This document shows, in pieces, positions 21,850 to 24,423 of a stretch of 24,423 nt of DNA. The DNA lies in the IMG/VR virus record IMGVR_UViG_2681813316_000024, positions 1-24,423 of that record. One strand, written 5' to 3'. The stretch comes from a virus (Duplodnaviria; Heunggongvirae; Uroviricota; Caudoviricetes). Made by a program: the position numbers and the translations under genes. The stretch's first letter is position 1. The number at the start of each line of letters is the position of its first letter. A model generated the notes under the pieces. The model did not search any database. It worked only from the letters and a program-made list of their open reading frames with translations, and was not told where the DNA came from.

Positions 21850-22890
21850 TCAGCTTGCTAGTGCGATCTTCCTAAGCCTGTGACCTATATTTATAGATGG
21901 TTTTTCAATTACCTTATAAGAAATAGTTGCTAGTGCGATCGTAGCTAATAGGTATAAAACAAAAATAATAAAATTAAAATCTGTGTCCATGTCTATACTG
22001 ACAGATACAATCTCTAAAAAGAATGGGTGAATCAAGTATACAGAGTAACTTATCGATCCCAGGAAAACCAATAATCCTACATTCAATTTTACCCGTGTAG
22101 TGAGCAATAGCGTCAATACTATGCCTGTAAGATAGCTAGCAATATAGGAGGAAGCATTTTCCCCATGCCCATAGTCTTTATTGTAGGACATTAAGCAAAT
22201 CGGAGCAATCGCCACTAGGAATGTTATTAAAAATACAATGCACATATTTCTTTCTGATCTCGATGCAATCCCAATGCTCACTGAACGCCATAAGCTACCA
22301 AAGAACATTAATGACATAGCTAGCGGTATTGCCACAGGAACTTTTTTATCAAGAACGAATCTCACGTATGAGAAAGCAAGAGCGGTTGCAATAAGTCCTA
22401 TAGAAATTAAAAATAAAGAAACCTTACTCTTTAATAAATTTACTTTGAAAAGAAACGCACAGGAAGCATAGAAGAACAACTCAATTATTAGCGTCCAATA
22501 AACACCAAACATATCTGGAGATCTCAGTAAAGATTGAAGCATGGTAATATTAGACAACAGAGTTCTTATATCAAGTGGTCTATGAGTTACAAACAAAAAA
22601 GTAAAGGCCGCCAGAAATACTGAAAACCAGTAAGCGGGATATAGTCTAAAAAACCTTGATATAATGAACCCGGATATCGCTCTTTTCCCTTCCTTTAGGC
22701 TGTAAGGTATTACCATGCCACTTAACACAAAGAAGCAAACAACACCAACCTGACCAAAGTTAACATGCTTAAATAAAAAACTGTTATGCAATGGTGTTCG
22801 CTCTATGAAATGTGCACATGCAACCATCAGGGCTGCAAGTCCACGCAAAGAGTCTAGGAATTCTAGACGATTTCCATTTCTTATAGACAT
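21850..22890 (-). CDS. AT3-family integral-membrane acyltransferase (Oac-like putative O-antigen O-acetyltransferase)
   Basis: 346 aa, about 10 hydrophobic segments; N-terminal signature LDSLRGLAALMVACAHF...GVVCFFVLSGMVI...RFFRLYPAYW typical of acyltransferase family 3; between tailspike and int as oac is in Sf6; AT-rich. Confidence 0.85.
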   Translation of the reverse strand: MSIRNGNRLEFLDSLRGLAALMVACAHFIERTPLHNSFLFKHVNFGQVGVVCFFVLSGMVIPYSLKEGKRAISGFIISRFFRLYPAYWFSVFLAAFTFLFVTHRPLDIRTLLSNITMLQSLLRSPDMFGVYWTLIIELFFYASCAFLFKVNLLKSKVSLFLISIGLIATALAFSYVRFVLDKKVPVAIPLAMSLMFFGSLWRSVSIGIASRSERNMCIVFLITFLVAIAPICLMSYNKDYGHGENASSYIASYLTGIVLTLLLTTRVKLNVGLLVFLGSISYSVYLIHPFFLEIVSVSIDMDTDFNFIIFVLYLLATIALATISYKVIEKPSINIGHRLRKIALAS

Positions 22891-23267
22891 TAAAGATACC
22901 TAAGTTAAGTGTAGTAATAGGATTAATTTTAACAGCATGATTCTGTTGATCAATGGATAAGCAGCGTGTTTTGAAGTTGATCTGATTTTTACTATGATTA
23001 TATTGTGTTCTCGCACAGTATTTTATCGTAAGTGCACTATGGGCTTCTATCTCCAGCAGCAGAACTAGTTGAAGATAGTGTGTCAATCGACAAGAGCCTT
23101 ATTGCTCCAATCTCAGTCACGTACATGATGATATCCGTCAGGTCATTATCAACGAAGAGTGTTATGGTTAGTTTGATTATTGTGCGGTGATGTGAGAAAA
23201 ACTTAGAAAAACAAAGTCTTGCACTGGATTGCAAGGCTTTGCGCTATTCGATTGTGGTTGAGGCTGA

Positions 23268-24423
23268 TCACTTCACCTTTTCATCAAGCCAATCCGCCCA
23301 CCACTGCATCATTTCTCTGCGCTTATCGAGATACTGAGCGTGGTTGTAAATCCCGCGCACAGATCCGCCGTTGGCATGTGCCAGTTGCACTTCAATAGCG
23401 TCAGCAGGCCATTCGTGCTCGTTCATAATCGTGCTGAATTCATGCCTGAATCCGTGACCGCTTTCCAGACCTTCATAGCCGATTTGTTTGATCACAAGCA
23501 GTACAGCGTTCTGGCAAATTGGCTTCTTCTTATCGTTGCGCCCGGCAAAAACAAACTCTGACACTGGTTTAGTGATTGAGCTTAGCGTAGTGAGAAGTTC
23601 AATCACCTGGTCTGACATAGGAACCACATGAATTTTTCGACCCTTCATCACACTGGCGTCGATGGTGATAATCCTGTTTTCAAAATCGACGTTCTTCCAT
23701 AGCATGGAGCGAAGCTCTTTCGTTCTTAGGGCTGTGTAGCGCAAAACTTTAGTCGCAATGAGCGATACGATGCTCCCTGAAAATGTTGCCAGTGCTTTGT
23801 TGAATGCAGGGATCTGGTCTGCAGGAAGAAACGGGAAGTTCTTCTTGCGGTATCCCTTCATGGCGTCAGCAAGGTCAGGTGCCGGGTTATATTTAGCCCT
23901 ACCAGTGACAATAGCGTAACGGAAAACCTCGCCGCATCTTCTGCGGGCTTTATTTGCTCGCTCCATTGCACCGCGATCTTCAAATCTGCGGATTACTTCC
24001 AGTAGTTGCATCGGCTCAATATCCTGAATTTCAAGACCGCCGATGATGGGTAAAATGTCGTCATCAAACATTTTTGCAAGTTCATTTGCATAGCCCTGAC
24101 CAGACTTGCTTCTTGTGCTCGTACCATTCCTTGTAAATGGCGCTAAAGGAATTGTTGTTAGACGAAGCCTTTTTCGCCTTTACCGGATCGATGCCAACCG
24201 AGATGTCTTTCCTCGCAGTCCATGCTTTATCCCTTGCCTCTTGCAAAGTCATAAGCGGATATTTTCCGACGGTCAGGATTTTCTCCTTACCGTCAATCTT
24301 GTAGCGAAGCTGCCATACCTTTTTCCCTGACACAGGGACATAAAGGTACAGGCCATTACCATCGAGTAGGCGGTATGGTTTTTCTTTCGGCTTTGCTGCT
24401 TCAATCTGCTTAACGGTGAGCAT
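23268..24423 (-). CDS. int: Tyrosine integrase (P4-type, arm-binding N-domain), interrupted by a frameshift near 24072-24100; start codon at window edge
   Basis: Two consecutive - strand ORFs (24082..24423, 113 aa, arm-type domain; 23268..24071, 267 aa, catalytic domain with R...HGFRHEF...RGIYNHAQY Tyr region). The 267-aa frame read upstream gives ...QGYANELAKMFDD continuous with the N-terminal part. Confidence 0.75.

Noticed and set aside
22784-23234. Two small - strand ORFs (100 and 65 aa) in the AT3-int interval
   Set aside because: The first overlaps the AT3 start in another frame; the second lies in the putative att region with no RBS or motif; likely non-coding
1-24423. CRISPR arrays, IS elements or transposases
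   Set aside because: No regularly spaced direct repeats and no transposase-like ORFs seen; the only recombinase is the integrase

Overview
The whole window is phage DNA: the late region of a mosaic temperate lambdoid/P22-like enterobacterial phage or prophage, with no host flank visible. On the + strand it runs from a lambda-type Q antiterminator (starts at window base 1, probably 5'-truncated), a PR'-like late promoter and tR'-like terminator, and a small moron ORF with its own terminator, into a lambda-type lysis cassette (S holin with dual start, R endolysin, Rz with embedded Rz1). Two small unknown ORFs follow, then a P22-type packaging and morphogenesis module (small and large terminase, portal, scaffold, coat, gp4/gp10/gp26, gp14, ejection proteins gp7/gp20/gp16). 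The most interesting part is the 3' third: a tailspike whose P22-like head-binding domain is fused to a C-terminal SGNH/GDSL esterase domain, followed on the - strand by a visibly AT-rich lysogenic-conversion island (AT3-family membrane acyltransferase, a truncated second AT3 N-terminus, and a membrane-anchored SGNH hydrolase). The window ends with an arm-type tyrosine integrase that is split by a frameshift. All identities come from reading the supplied translations, motif recognition and recalled phage lambda/P22 sequences; no search or computation was run.
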